Positions 63,878-64,000 of a stretch of 64,000 nt of DNA are shown one piece after another (the first letter of the stretch is position 1; the number at the start of each line of letters is the position of its first letter). This stretch comes from Octopus sinensis (taxonomy: Eukaryota), in contig NC_043015.1 of the NCBI RefSeq assembly GCF_006345805.1, forward strand, positions 42,904,001 to 42,968,000, read 5' to 3'. A model generated the notes under the pieces. The model was not told the origin of the DNA, did no database searches, and saw only the letters and a program-made list of their open reading frames with translations. The translations under genes and the position numbers were made by a program.

Positions 63878-64000
63878 ATAAATAGGATGATGCTGACCTC
63901 TCTCCTGCTTAGTAGAGTGGTCAGCATTAGGAAGGGCAACCAGCAGTAGAAAGCATTCAGAAATGAGACTGGAGTCGGGTGCAGCTCTTCCTCTCTGGTC

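Overview
Eukaryotic, AT-rich and repeat-saturated DNA. The SINE, LINE and microsatellite landscape looks like a coleoid cephalopod, probably Octopus (inference from repeat families, not verified). The only host gene I can support is on the minus strand: the last two coding exons of a NUDT3/NUDT4-like diphosphoinositol-polyphosphate Nudix hydrolase (85-bp exon at 42059-42143, terminal coding exon at 1353-1465), joined by a 40.6-kb phase-1 GT-AG intron. I found no upstream exons, so most of the window is probably intronic. The rest is decayed transposons (CR1, RTE/BovB, R4/Dong-like LINE ends, a Helitron 3' end, a Tc1/mariner transposase piece, TTAA-type MITEs), at least three tRNA-derived SINE families, and micro/minisatellites. 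Nearly all ORFs in the supplied track are microsatellite artefacts. Highlights: (i) a dispersed ~200-bp repeat carrying minimal hammerhead-ribozyme cores of the Penelope-like type, with a tandem pair in the host sense direction; (ii) an unexplained 144-bp CpG-rich hairpin-forming insert flanked by a 5-bp direct repeat; (iii) several near-perfect fold-back structures; (iv) a SINE variant that inserts into other SINEs with 13-15 bp target-site duplications. Repeat boundaries are approximate; exon boundaries were read base by base.
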